Translations under genes and position numbers: made by a program
Part shown: positions 18,594-26,914 of the stretch, piece by piece
Position numbering within the stretch: the stretch's first letter is position 1
Layout of the letters: every line of letters begins with the position of its first letter
The notes under the pieces: model-generated
The model's database searches: none
Told to the model about the DNA's origin: nothing
What the model saw: only the letters and a program-made list of their open reading frames with translations
Assembly: GCA_021813945.1 (NCBI GenBank)
Contig: JAKAJD010000001.1
Span: forward strand, 432,412 to 496,411
Direction of reading: 5' to 3'
Origin: a bacterium
Lineage (GTDB): Bacteria > Patescibacteriota > Microgenomatia > Curtissbacterales > GWA2-41-24
DNA: 64,000 nucleotides

Positions 18594-20120
18594 CTAGACA
18601 AAACCTGGAAAGAAATCGGTTTTGATATTCCTATTTAGAACGCCCATCGAAAGGAGTGTTTTTTCAAATGCGCTAACCATCGTGTGCGAGCCGGAAATAT
18701 AAAAAATGCGCTGCCTCCAGTCCGACACCTCTTCCATAATCATTTTTGAATCAACATAACCTCGCTTACCTTGCCAATTGCCTGGCGTGTCGGAACCTGT
18801 CAGGGTATAAATAGTCCTTATGCCAAGTTTATTTTCTGCTTCATCTAAAACATCTTTGTAGACAATTTCGCCGGCCTCTCTATTGCTGAAAAAAACAGTC
18901 ACATCCCGCTTTTCACCTGTATCCAACATATATTTGATCATGCTCCTAAAGGGGGTAATCCCAATTCCACCGGCCATAAAAACAAGCTTTGCAGTCTTGT
19001 CCTTAGGCAAAGTAAAATCACCGGCAAGCTGGGAAGCAATTATCACCGCGCCGCTTGAAAGCCCCGAAAGCGACTTTTTGAAACTGCTTGGAGGAGTGTA
19101 AAACTTGACTCCCAAAAGTATTTCATCCTCCGTTGGCGACGAAGCAATCGTAAAATAACGCCGCATTCCCCGGCTGTCTATATCATCGTGCCCCAAAGTC
19201 CATTCCAAGTACTGGCCTGGCAAAAAGGAAAATTTTTTATTTTTTTGGAAAACAAAATCCCAAACATCTTCTGATCGTTTCATTTTCTCTTTAAGTTTTA
19301 AATTCAACCTTCCCTTTGAACTGGTTAAGTAGGAAAAAACATTACCTAAAACCAAAGCAATCTCGGGTGTCGTATAAAAATCACCCAAATGAACCTGGGG
19401 AGCAAACAAAAAACCGACAAGTGCTCCATAAAAGGACTGTAAATTCTTTGTAGGGGGTGTTGTCATTGGCTCTGTTAACATCACGAACGCAAAAAACAAA
19501 ATTGGAGTGTAAAAAAGCGCATTTTTAAGCTGAGAAACAAGGTCTCCCCCTTTGACAATCACCGACAAACCTATCGTGGAAACCGAAACTAAAAGAAAGT
19601 AAAAAACCAAATCAAACCTTCTGATTTTTCGAACAATCAAAACTCCTAAAAGCACAAATGGCACAATTGGCAGTGTTCCCACCCACCAGCTTGCCGATTG
19701 TCCTAATACGAAAGAAGTAATAACTACAGATAAAGCAGCAGGGTTAAATATGTGTTTTGCCCGAAAAGCAATTATATATTTTGACGAAATCGCTAGAACT
19801 GCCGCCCAAAACAAAAGCCCAAAACCGTTGTAATTTGTTGCTGGCGAAATTATAAGGGCCAAAATCAAAGCGCTAATGTGAACCGACTCAACATTGGCTG
19901 GAACCCTAAAAACGTTCGCAAAAACGATATTGGTAACGTAACAAACGCCTAAAAGAAACAGTGTGGAAATTGTAAGGTAAACAGGGTTTATAGAAACAAT
20001 GCCCAAAAACCCCATCCCGACTGCCGCCAAAATTAAAAAAATCAAGTAGTACAAAACGAGTTTGTACATCGTGATCCGGTTTAAAAAACCGTCCACAAAA
20101 TCAAGCACCGGAAATAACAT
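18594..20120 (-). CDS. RnfD/NqrB-like membrane domain fused to FNR/NqrF-like FAD/NAD(P)H oxidoreductase
   Basis: KHIFNPAA and MLTEPMTTP (RnfD/NqrB); PGQY, RRYFTIASSP, GGIGITP, YISG (FNR family); start approximate. Confidence 0.85.
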   Translation of the reverse strand: MLFPVLDFVDGFLNRITMYKLVLYYLIFLILAAVGMGFLGIVSINPVYLTISTLFLLGVCYVTNIVFANVFRVPANVESVHISALILALIISPATNYNGFGLLFWAAVLAISSKYIIAFRAKHIFNPAALSVVITSFVLGQSASWWVGTLPIVPFVLLGVLIVRKIRRFDLVFYFLLVSVSTIGLSVIVKGGDLVSQLKNALFYTPILFFAFVMLTEPMTTPPTKNLQSFYGALVGFLFAPQVHLGDFYTTPEIALVLGNVFSYLTSSKGRLNLKLKEKMKRSEDVWDFVFQKNKKFSFLPGQYLEWTLGHDDIDSRGMRRYFTIASSPTEDEILLGVKFYTPPSSFKKSLSGLSSGAVIIASQLAGDFTLPKDKTAKLVFMAGGIGITPFRSMIKYMLDTGEKRDVTVFFSNREAGEIVYKDVLDEAENKLGIRTIYTLTGSDTPGNWQGKRGYVDSKMIMEEVSDWRQRIFYISGSHTMVSAFEKTLLSMGVLNRNIKTDFFPGFV

Positions 20121-20844
20121 ACCTAGAAAAGCCGGAGGTAAAAGTTGCCAACCCATCTCTTCCTATCATATACCCTTCTAAACCTGGCTTGCCCTCAATA
20201 AAGTTGATGCCTGCCTTGCCCATTGCAAACGCAGAAGTTGCAAACCTGTCTGCTTCGTAAACATCCGAGCCTACAACAGTTAGGCTTTTAACGTGATTTT
20301 CCAAATGTCCGTTCGGATTATAAATATGGTCTCCCCGCTCATAAGTGCCGGACGTTGCAACTCCCCCGTCTGCAATATTTATTACTTTTACAATTTCCCC
20401 GCTGTTAAATGGGTTTTTTATACCAACCCTCCAAGGCCTCAAATATTTATTCAAACCCCGGGTTTGAATATCCCCCCCGGCATCAATATAGTAATTTTTG
20501 TAACCTTCCAAATCTAAAATCCTACCTGCATTATAGATTGCCCACCCCTTCACAATTCCCGAAGGGTCCATCACCCCGTTGCGCCAAATGTCGAAATATC
20601 CATTAGATTCCCTCTTTGTTTTTTCTGCAAGCTTCAATATCGTCCACATACCTTCACTGTAGTCTTTTTTATGAATCTCACCCCTGTTAATTCGCGAAAC
20701 TTCACTATCCTTTTTATATGGGCTGAATTTCGAATCTACATATCTAAAATAGGCAAAAACTTTATCAAACGACTCTTTTCGGCAATAACCATCGACTACC
20801 TCCAGTGTTATATGCATCCCCATTATGTTTTTTGTTCTCTTCAT
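20101..20844 (-). CDS. apbE: FAD:protein FMN transferase
   Basis: MGM, SEVSRIN, DPSGIVKGW, DAGGDI, VATSGTYERGDHIYNP, ADRFATSAFAMG. Confidence 0.92.
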   Translation of the reverse strand: MKRTKNIMGMHITLEVVDGYCRKESFDKVFAYFRYVDSKFSPYKKDSEVSRINRGEIHKKDYSEGMWTILKLAEKTKRESNGYFDIWRNGVMDPSGIVKGWAIYNAGRILDLEGYKNYYIDAGGDIQTRGLNKYLRPWRVGIKNPFNSGEIVKVINIADGGVATSGTYERGDHIYNPNGHLENHVKSLTVVGSDVYEADRFATSAFAMGKAGINFIEGKPGLEGYMIGRDGLATFTSGFSRYVISGA

Positions 20845-21347
20845 GTTCTTGCCTTTGCTAGCGCAGAACCCAGCGACTGAATAAATGCCCTGCTGGAATC
20901 ACTCGCCCCGGAAACTATATCCACACTGGCGCTTTGCGCCGCTATTGCTTCCTGCTTTAAATATGGCATCGCCTGAGTGTTAATTTCGACGGAGGTTCTT
21001 CTATCGTGCGGATAGTCCAAAAACGTAACATCCGCTATCTTTCCACCGGAAATCGAGACTGCTACCTGAATATTCCCGTAATAGGCATCCGCCGAACTAC
21101 CGGTGTATTGACCATCACGATACTGGCCTGAAGGTTTTGGGGTAGGTGGCGCGCTGACGGGAGTACTCACAGGTTGCCCGAGCGGCGTAGGGCTAGAAAC
21201 AGCTCCTGGTGTAGGTGAAGTACTTGGAAAGGCTTTTGCTTGATCCGGAGAAAAGGCCTGGGTATCCAATTTGCCCCCTATTCCTTTATGCAGCGCGTAA
21301 AAAATAAAGGAAATAACTACAAATGCAGATAGCGAAACCTTTCTCAT
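20841..21347 (-). CDS. Membrane-anchored FMN-binding (flavinylated) protein
   Basis: N-terminal TM, Pro/Ser linker, YRDGQYTG, flavinylation motif DIVSGAS. Confidence 0.9.
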   Translation of the reverse strand: MRKVSLSAFVVISFIFYALHKGIGGKLDTQAFSPDQAKAFPSTSPTPGAVSSPTPLGQPVSTPVSAPPTPKPSGQYRDGQYTGSSADAYYGNIQVAVSISGGKIADVTFLDYPHDRRTSVEINTQAMPYLKQEAIAAQSASVDIVSGASDSSRAFIQSLGSALAKART

Positions 21348-21370
21348 CCGAGTGAGTATATAAGTTATAA

Positions 21371-21386
21371 CTGAGAAAATCCTTAA
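21371..21386 (-). promoter_or_regulatory. Putative OmpR-family binding box upstream of the flavinylation operon
   Basis: - strand TTAAG-GATTTT-CTCAG, 10 nt before TATACT. Confidence 0.7.
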
Positions 21387-21434
21387 ACGTTACTTAGCTC
21401 TTGCCAATTTGCTATAATCCTCAAAGCCCGCATT

Positions 21435-22427
21435 ATGCCAAAAACAGTAGCAGTAATCTTCGGTGGCAAATCCGCAGAACACGAAGTATCTGTAATCTCA
21501 GGAAAAAGCGTCGCCAAAAACTTAGACCCTAAAAAATTTAAAGTCCGTCAGATTTTTATAGATAAAAAAGCTATCTGGCACAAAAACGGCAAAAAACAGA
21601 CAGCGGAAAGCTGTCTAAAAGGCGCAGATGTTGCATTTCCTGTCCTTCACGGCAACTACGGTGAAGACGGAACCATCCAGGGCTTATTTGAAATGCTAAA
21701 TGTCCCCTACGTTGGCTGTGGTGTTACCCAATCCGTACTCGGAATGGACAAGGAATTTTCCAAAATTATCTGGCAGCAAAACAGCCTGCCTGTTTGCAAA
21801 TTCAAAGCAGTCACCAAAGGAGACTGGCTAAAAAGCAAAAGGCCCCTTGTAAAAGAAATCCTTAAACTCAAGTTTCCTTTATTTGTTAAACCCGCAAACC
21901 TTGGATCAAGCGTTGGAATCACAAAAGTCAAAACCCCAAAAGACTTGGAAAAAGCAATAAGGCTAGCTTTTTCCTACGGCTATAAAATTATTGTGGAAGA
22001 AGGTGTTGTAGACGCCCGCGAAATCGAGGTGTCGGTTTTAGGAGCCGACACAATCATATCTAGCATTTGTGGTGAAATTATTCCGGCAAATGAATTTTAT
22101 GATTACGAGGCCAAATACAGTGACGTTGGCTCAAAACTTCTAATTCCTGCTCCTATCGACAGAAAAACAGCATCACAAATTAAAAAAACAGCCGAAGAAG
22201 CGTACAAGCTTCTTAACCTCGATAGTTTAGCCCGAGCAGATTTTCTACTCTCCAAAAAAAGTGGCAAATTTGTAATCAATGAAGTTAACACAATGCCCGG
22301 ATTTACCCCAATTTCAATGTATCCCAAACTTTGGGAAGCATCTGGCCTTCCCTATCAAAAGCTTTTAACCAAGCTAATATCAATCGCCGAGCAGAATTTT
22401 CGCCAAAAATCCGGTTGGAAAATTTAA
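21435..22427 (+). CDS. ddl: D-alanine--D-alanine ligase
   Basis: GGKSAEHEVS, HGNYGEDG, GSSVG, YDYEAKY, NEVNTMPG. Confidence 0.95.
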   Translation: MPKTVAVIFGGKSAEHEVSVISGKSVAKNLDPKKFKVRQIFIDKKAIWHKNGKKQTAESCLKGADVAFPVLHGNYGEDGTIQGLFEMLNVPYVGCGVTQSVLGMDKEFSKIIWQQNSLPVCKFKAVTKGDWLKSKRPLVKEILKLKFPLFVKPANLGSSVGITKVKTPKDLEKAIRLAFSYGYKIIVEEGVVDAREIEVSVLGADTIISSICGEIIPANEFYDYEAKYSDVGSKLLIPAPIDRKTASQIKKTAEEAYKLLNLDSLARADFLLSKKSGKFVINEVNTMPGFTPISMYPKLWEASGLPYQKLLTKLISIAEQNFRQKSGWKI

Positions 22428-23147
22428 CTATTGGGAAGAAGCACCGTTCACAAATTTATAGCCAACGTTCCACACGGTAATAAAGTGCTGGGGGTCTTTA
22501 GGGTCTTTCTCAAAAGCTCTTCTAAGATTCGAAATTACGTCACTAACCAATGGATACTCACCATCCACCACCTGTTCCAGTTCTTTTTTTCCTATAACTC
22601 TTCCAGGATTGTCTACAAATAGCTCAAGCAGTTTCCAGGCCCTCAATTTAATTCTTAAATCGACCCCATCTCTTGTAAGTGCACGCCCTTTAAAGTCTAC
22701 ATTTACGTCACCAATTTTTATAGGTTTAAGCTCTTCCTTACTAACAAGAATGGGTCTTCTCCTGGCAATAACCGCTCTCATATAAGAAAGGGCTAGTCTG
22801 GAGTTCATTGGGAGAGCTAAAAACTGTTCGGCTCCGGAATCAAGAACTTCTTCTGCGATATCAAAGTTACCGGAAGCAACTGCATACCCGATATTTCTTT
22901 TTTTAAGTTCATCAACGAGCGGCAGTCTATAAGTTTGGTCGTCTAAAACCACGAGCTGAGGCCGTGTTGCCAGGATTCTTCTAGCTCCGTCAAATTTTAC
23001 CGGAAACAGTGTCACATCCAATCCGTAAGTGCCAAATCTCTTTTTCCACTCTTCAAAAGGCTCACGGTTGGAATAAACAACCGCCACCTTATGCCTTTTA
23101 GCCGCTTCCACCAGTCTGCCCGGAAAAACCGCACAACGTTCACACAT
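22428..23147 (-). CDS. Atypical response regulator (degenerate receiver + OmpR winged helix)
   Basis: C-terminal ISNLRRAFEKDPKDPQHFITVWNVGYKF; receiver lacks N-terminal acidic pair and conserved Lys. Confidence 0.7.
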   Translation of the reverse strand: MCERCAVFPGRLVEAAKRHKVAVVYSNREPFEEWKKRFGTYGLDVTLFPVKFDGARRILATRPQLVVLDDQTYRLPLVDELKKRNIGYAVASGNFDIAEEVLDSGAEQFLALPMNSRLALSYMRAVIARRRPILVSKEELKPIKIGDVNVDFKGRALTRDGVDLRIKLRAWKLLELFVDNPGRVIGKKELEQVVDGEYPLVSDVISNLRRAFEKDPKDPQHFITVWNVGYKFVNGASSQ

Positions 23148-23247
23148 AGCAGGAAATTATATACTTTTCAGCCTAAAACTCAACTTTCTGCCGGGCAACA
23201 CTTCCCTATTGCAATAATTCTTACCCTAGTAATATAATCCGCCCATT

Positions 23248-24357
23248 ATGGCATCGGTGGATCAAGTTGAGCTGAGGGGCAAACCGGAATCGGCCCCATT
23301 TCCCGAACCTGGTATTGTCAGAATTTGGATTTCCAGGGCAACCGCAAACGCAGCCATCTCCGCCCACCAACACGTCCAGAGAATAACAAACGGAGTACCG
23401 CTAGAAGTCGATCATCCTAAAGACCGAAAAAACAAACTCACAGAAGATATAGACAGCGACGCCGTCCCGGCAATGAGGGTTATTCTGGAAAGAGCCCCAT
23501 TCCAGTCTGATTGCAAGGACTCAGAAGGTGGCAAAGAAGCTAGTCCTGAAAAGCTTGGAAAACCGATGCCAACCCTTATTGGTACATTCGGAAATGGAAT
23601 AGAAAAATTAAGCTTTGTAAATGACCCTGTTGAGAACACGACCGCAGCAACCCATGGGAGGGCCAACGCAGTTTCGATAATTGGGCTTACAGACTACAAC
23701 AACATAACCGAAATCCCACTTGTGGAAGATGGTGATAAAGCTCATTACTTCGCAAAACTTTTCGCCCCAAGCTCTTTAAATGGTGTAGTTTCGCTTGAAA
23801 TGTCTACCGCAGAAAATCTCCACGCAGCTATGAAGGAACTGCAAATTCCCGCAAGTCGAATAAGAGTTGCTGTTATGGACCGAAAAGCAAATCTTTCAAT
23901 AATAGAAAGTATCCAAAAAGTCGGAGCAGAATACGTGCCGATTAAATCCGGAGATCTGATGTGGTGTCTTGAGGCAATATCCTCAGACCTCAAAAATCCT
24001 GAAAGACCAATCCTTATGATGGGCCGAGGCGGTGCAGAAGAGGGATCTATTGCTGCAATTGGCGCCCACGCGCGAGGAGCAGTAGGACAACTTAGGGTGG
24101 TACCAAGGGAAGACGAAGAAGCAGACTTGGACATAGTAAAACGTGGACAACTTTGGAATGCCGAGGAATTCATTACCGGCCAAAGTGAGCATTCAATGGT
24201 GATCTTTTCGGCAATTACCAAAAATCTCCATTTCGACATACCGAGCGTTTATGAAGATCCCCAGCACCCAGGCCTCTATGTGGTAACTTCAGCTATTTTT
24301 GATTCTCAGGGAGTCAAATTCAGAACCGATTCATTACGCTTCCAAAAAGCTGCCTAA
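23248..24357 (+). CDS. glpX: Divergent class II fructose-1,6-bisphosphatase (GlpX family)
   Basis: D..A...MR, DPVENT, MDR, SGDL, GRGGAEEG..AA follow the order of GlpX motifs. Confidence 0.65.
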   Translation: MASVDQVELRGKPESAPFPEPGIVRIWISRATANAAISAHQHVQRITNGVPLEVDHPKDRKNKLTEDIDSDAVPAMRVILERAPFQSDCKDSEGGKEASPEKLGKPMPTLIGTFGNGIEKLSFVNDPVENTTAATHGRANAVSIIGLTDYNNITEIPLVEDGDKAHYFAKLFAPSSLNGVVSLEMSTAENLHAAMKELQIPASRIRVAVMDRKANLSIIESIQKVGAEYVPIKSGDLMWCLEAISSDLKNPERPILMMGRGGAEEGSIAAIGAHARGAVGQLRVVPREDEEADLDIVKRGQLWNAEEFITGQSEHSMVIFSAITKNLHFDIPSVYEDPQHPGLYVVTSAIFDSQGVKFRTDSLRFQKAA

Positions 24358-24373
24358 TTTCCTAAGCAAAAAT

Positions 24374-24925
24374 TCAATTATTTTGCAAAATTTGTGTATC
24401 TCTAGGCGGCCGAGGACGGCTTGCAAATGGCAAAAGTTCTCTACCCACATCCCCAAAAAGCCTTAGATACTCCTCCTCGCCTAAAAAGCGGTAAAAACGC
24501 TCAGGCCCAACAACTGTCCTAAATGGCTCCTCCGATTTAAAATCGAATGACAAATGGGGATCGCAAGGTCTACTAAAATCCACACCGATATTCATTCCGT
24601 CTAATCCTGATTCATTCTTTTGCCTTAGGGCCTGTATCAATACGTCGTGCTTAAAAATGTAAAATTTACGCCTCCAAGAATCCAACCCTTTTCTCTTTGC
24701 GTTTCCAGCTCTTCGGCTTGCAGTTCTCACAAGCTCCGCATACTCATCTACCGTTGTGGCCACAGACAGATCGCGCTCCAAAGCCTTATAGATTGCCGGC
24801 CACTTGCACTCCAACTCCCGGGGGCTCCTTATGGTTTCAATAATATCCGGCCTGTAATAACTGCTAAATCGGGGCCTTGCCTCAACCATAAAAGAAATTT
24901 TACTCTTCGCTTTTTTAGACATCAA
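24374..24925 (-). CDS. Hypothetical protein
   Basis: 183-aa ORF filling the gap; no motif recognised. Confidence 0.55.
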   Translation of the reverse strand: MMSKKAKSKISFMVEARPRFSSYYRPDIIETIRSPRELECKWPAIYKALERDLSVATTVDEYAELVRTASRRAGNAKRKGLDSWRRKFYIFKHDVLIQALRQKNESGLDGMNIGVDFSRPCDPHLSFDFKSEEPFRTVVGPERFYRFLGEEEYLRLFGDVGRELLPFASRPRPPRDTQILQNN

Positions 24926-24984
24926 GCCGCAATAACCTAAACGGCTGATATCGATATAGGTCGATTCGGGTTAAAATATATCTA

Positions 24985-25203
24985 ATGAAAGTGGCAGTTG
25001 TTGCCCACCCTAACTCAAAACGGCCAAGAGTCGAAAAAGACCTTTTGGGAACCCTGCACGTTTACGTAAAATCCCCGCCCCTGGAAGGAAAAGCCAACGG
25101 AGAGATAATCGATGCTTTATCAGATTATTTCCAAGTTAAAAAATCTCAAGTGGAACTTGTCTCCGGCCAAAAATCCAAAGCCAAACTCTTTGAGATCAGC
25201 TAA
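24985..25203 (+). CDS. DUF167 (YggU) family protein
   Basis: PNSK, PPLEGKAN, VSGQKSKAK. Confidence 0.85.
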   Translation: MKVAVVAHPNSKRPRVEKDLLGTLHVYVKSPPLEGKANGEIIDALSDYFQVKKSQVELVSGQKSKAKLFEIS

Positions 25204-25814
25204 TCCCCATGGCCGTCTTCTTGTCTGTTGTGTGATCCTTCTGAACTATCCTTTACCCCTTTTATTTCTCCCTGAACTTCATTGGTTTTTTCGATAACTT
25301 GTTGCAACTTTTCCCTGTCTTGCGAATTACTGCTGTGCTCCTGTGCCTGCCTTAGCTGGTCCTCCTGGTCTTGAAGTGTTGCCTTAAACTCGTCACGACT
25401 TTTCTCGTCCTGCGGTTGGTTTTTACTTTGATCTAAAGTGTTGTTGTATTGCTTAATTGCCTCATCGAAGTTTCCATCGCCCTGACCCGAGGTTTTTATA
25501 ACATCCTGCGTGCGGTTTTCTATCGGCTTTTGGTAATTTCCGCTTAATTTCGCATATAAATTTTCGCTGGCAACCTTAACGGGATAAAGGAAATCACCCG
25601 GTGCCGCAGCCCGCGAAGTTGTTACAACACCGCCAAATATCAAGGCTAAAAACAGCGCCGCCAGAGAGATTCGCCTAAAAACGAGCCAAAAGCTTCCAAA
25701 CTTGCGATCCATAAGCTGGGATCGGACATTGGTCCATCCGTTATAAATTAGATAATCCGGAGTTTTTGTCTCCTGATATTCTCGCTTTAACCTACTAAAT
25801 TCACTATCAAGCAT
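25200..25814 (-). CDS. Putative anti-sigma factor (single TM + DUF5667-like helical domain)
   Basis: TM then APGDFLYPVKVASE; overlaps the end of the ECF sigma gene. Confidence 0.7.
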   Translation of the reverse strand: MLDSEFSRLKREYQETKTPDYLIYNGWTNVRSQLMDRKFGSFWLVFRRISLAALFLALIFGGVVTTSRAAAPGDFLYPVKVASENLYAKLSGNYQKPIENRTQDVIKTSGQGDGNFDEAIKQYNNTLDQSKNQPQDEKSRDEFKATLQDQEDQLRQAQEHSSNSQDREKLQQVIEKTNEVQGEIKGVKDSSEGSHNRQEDGHGD

Positions 25815-26343
25815 GATCCTCCTCCATTAAATCTTTTAATTTTTTTATAATTCTGTGTGTCCTCACTCTTAGTGCTCCTTCTCTAATTCCAACAACTTTG
25901 GCAATCTCTGCTCCAGACAGTTCTTCAAAATAATGAAGGACTATTATTTGTCTTTCTTTTTCGCTTAATATCGATATTGCCTTCTTTAACCTCTTGTTTT
26001 CGTCTTTCCTGTCAAGATTTTCTGCCAAATCCTCACTGCTTGCCAGGTTTTGATAATTTTCCAAAGATGCATTTTTTTTCTTTCTCGAAGCGTCAATTAT
26101 TAAATTTCTGGCAATTCGAAAAAGAAACGCCTGCAGCGATCCACCTTTTTTGATAGAGAACCCCGGTAGAGCTTTCCATGCCCTAACAAATGTTTCCTGG
26201 CAAATGTCCTGGGCAATAACAGCATCGTAGGTATTAAACTGGCAATACCTATATATACGCTGGTAAAACTGGCTGTATATTTTCCCATATGCATCTCGGT
26301 CCCCTTCCTGTGCCAAGATGATAAGTTGGGTCAGGTCATCCAT
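25807..26343 (-). CDS. ECF sigma-70 factor
   Basis: AQEGDRDAY, AQDICQETFVRAW, LFRIARN, region 4 EIAKVVG. Confidence 0.92.
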   Translation of the reverse strand: MDDLTQLIILAQEGDRDAYGKIYSQFYQRIYRYCQFNTYDAVIAQDICQETFVRAWKALPGFSIKKGGSLQAFLFRIARNLIIDASRKKKNASLENYQNLASSEDLAENLDRKDENKRLKKAISILSEKERQIIVLHYFEELSGAEIAKVVGIREGALRVRTHRIIKKLKDLMEEDHA

Positions 26344-26394
26344 TGGCACATTCTACAATATTTCCTACATCTTTAAACGTAAAACAAGGCAAAA

Positions 26395-26420
26395 TGTAAC
26401 ATTTTTGGCGAGGATCCGTT
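26395..26420 (+). promoter_or_regulatory. ECF-type promoter TGTAAC-N16-CGTT
   Basis: TGTAAC 26395-400, exactly 16 nt, CGTT 26417-20, 12 nt before ATG 26433. Confidence 0.65.
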
Positions 26421-26432
26421 TTACTTTTCAGA

Positions 26433-26894
26433 ATGTACAAAAAACTTTTACCGCTCCTAACTCTCGCATTTATACTTATAGCAACACCGGTTTTAGCAAA
26501 TGAAGACAGCAACAAACCGCAAAACCACGGATTCTTTGTTTCCGCAGAAGCACACGAACATGAGGGCGGAGCCGCAGTTTCCGCAGTTGCCAAATCAGAC
26601 ATCGGCAAGCATCACGACGAAGATGAAAACGAAAATGAAGATGAAGACTTGGACGATGATGACAACATAATCGTTTCTCCAAACCCAAGCGCTTCTCCTA
26701 TCGTATCGCCCAGTCCAACAGTAGAGCCATCTGCAACTCCAAGCCCGAGTGTTCTACCTTCAGCATCACCAAGTCCTTCTGTTTCACCAAGCCCGAGCCC
26801 AACTGCAACAGTGACAGTCAACACAAATGTTATCCAAGGATTAATCGACCAGCTAAATAACCTCATAGCAAGCCTCAAGAACCTGCTTTCGTAA
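26433..26894 (+). CDS. Secreted His/acidic, Ser-Pro-repeat protein
   Basis: Signal peptide; NHG..VS..A motif; HHDEDENENEDEDLDDDD; SPSPS repeats. Confidence 0.75.
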   Translation: MYKKLLPLLTLAFILIATPVLANEDSNKPQNHGFFVSAEAHEHEGGAAVSAVAKSDIGKHHDEDENENEDEDLDDDDNIIVSPNPSASPIVSPSPTVEPSATPSPSVLPSASPSPSVSPSPSPTATVTVNTNVIQGLIDQLNNLIASLKNLLS

Positions 26895-26914
26895 AATGCA
26901 CGATCCAGAAAAAT

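Noticed and set aside
26670-26810. Tandem repeat-like DNA
   Set aside because: Reflects the Ser-Pro low-complexity protein linker; codons vary, so it is not a DNA repeat element.
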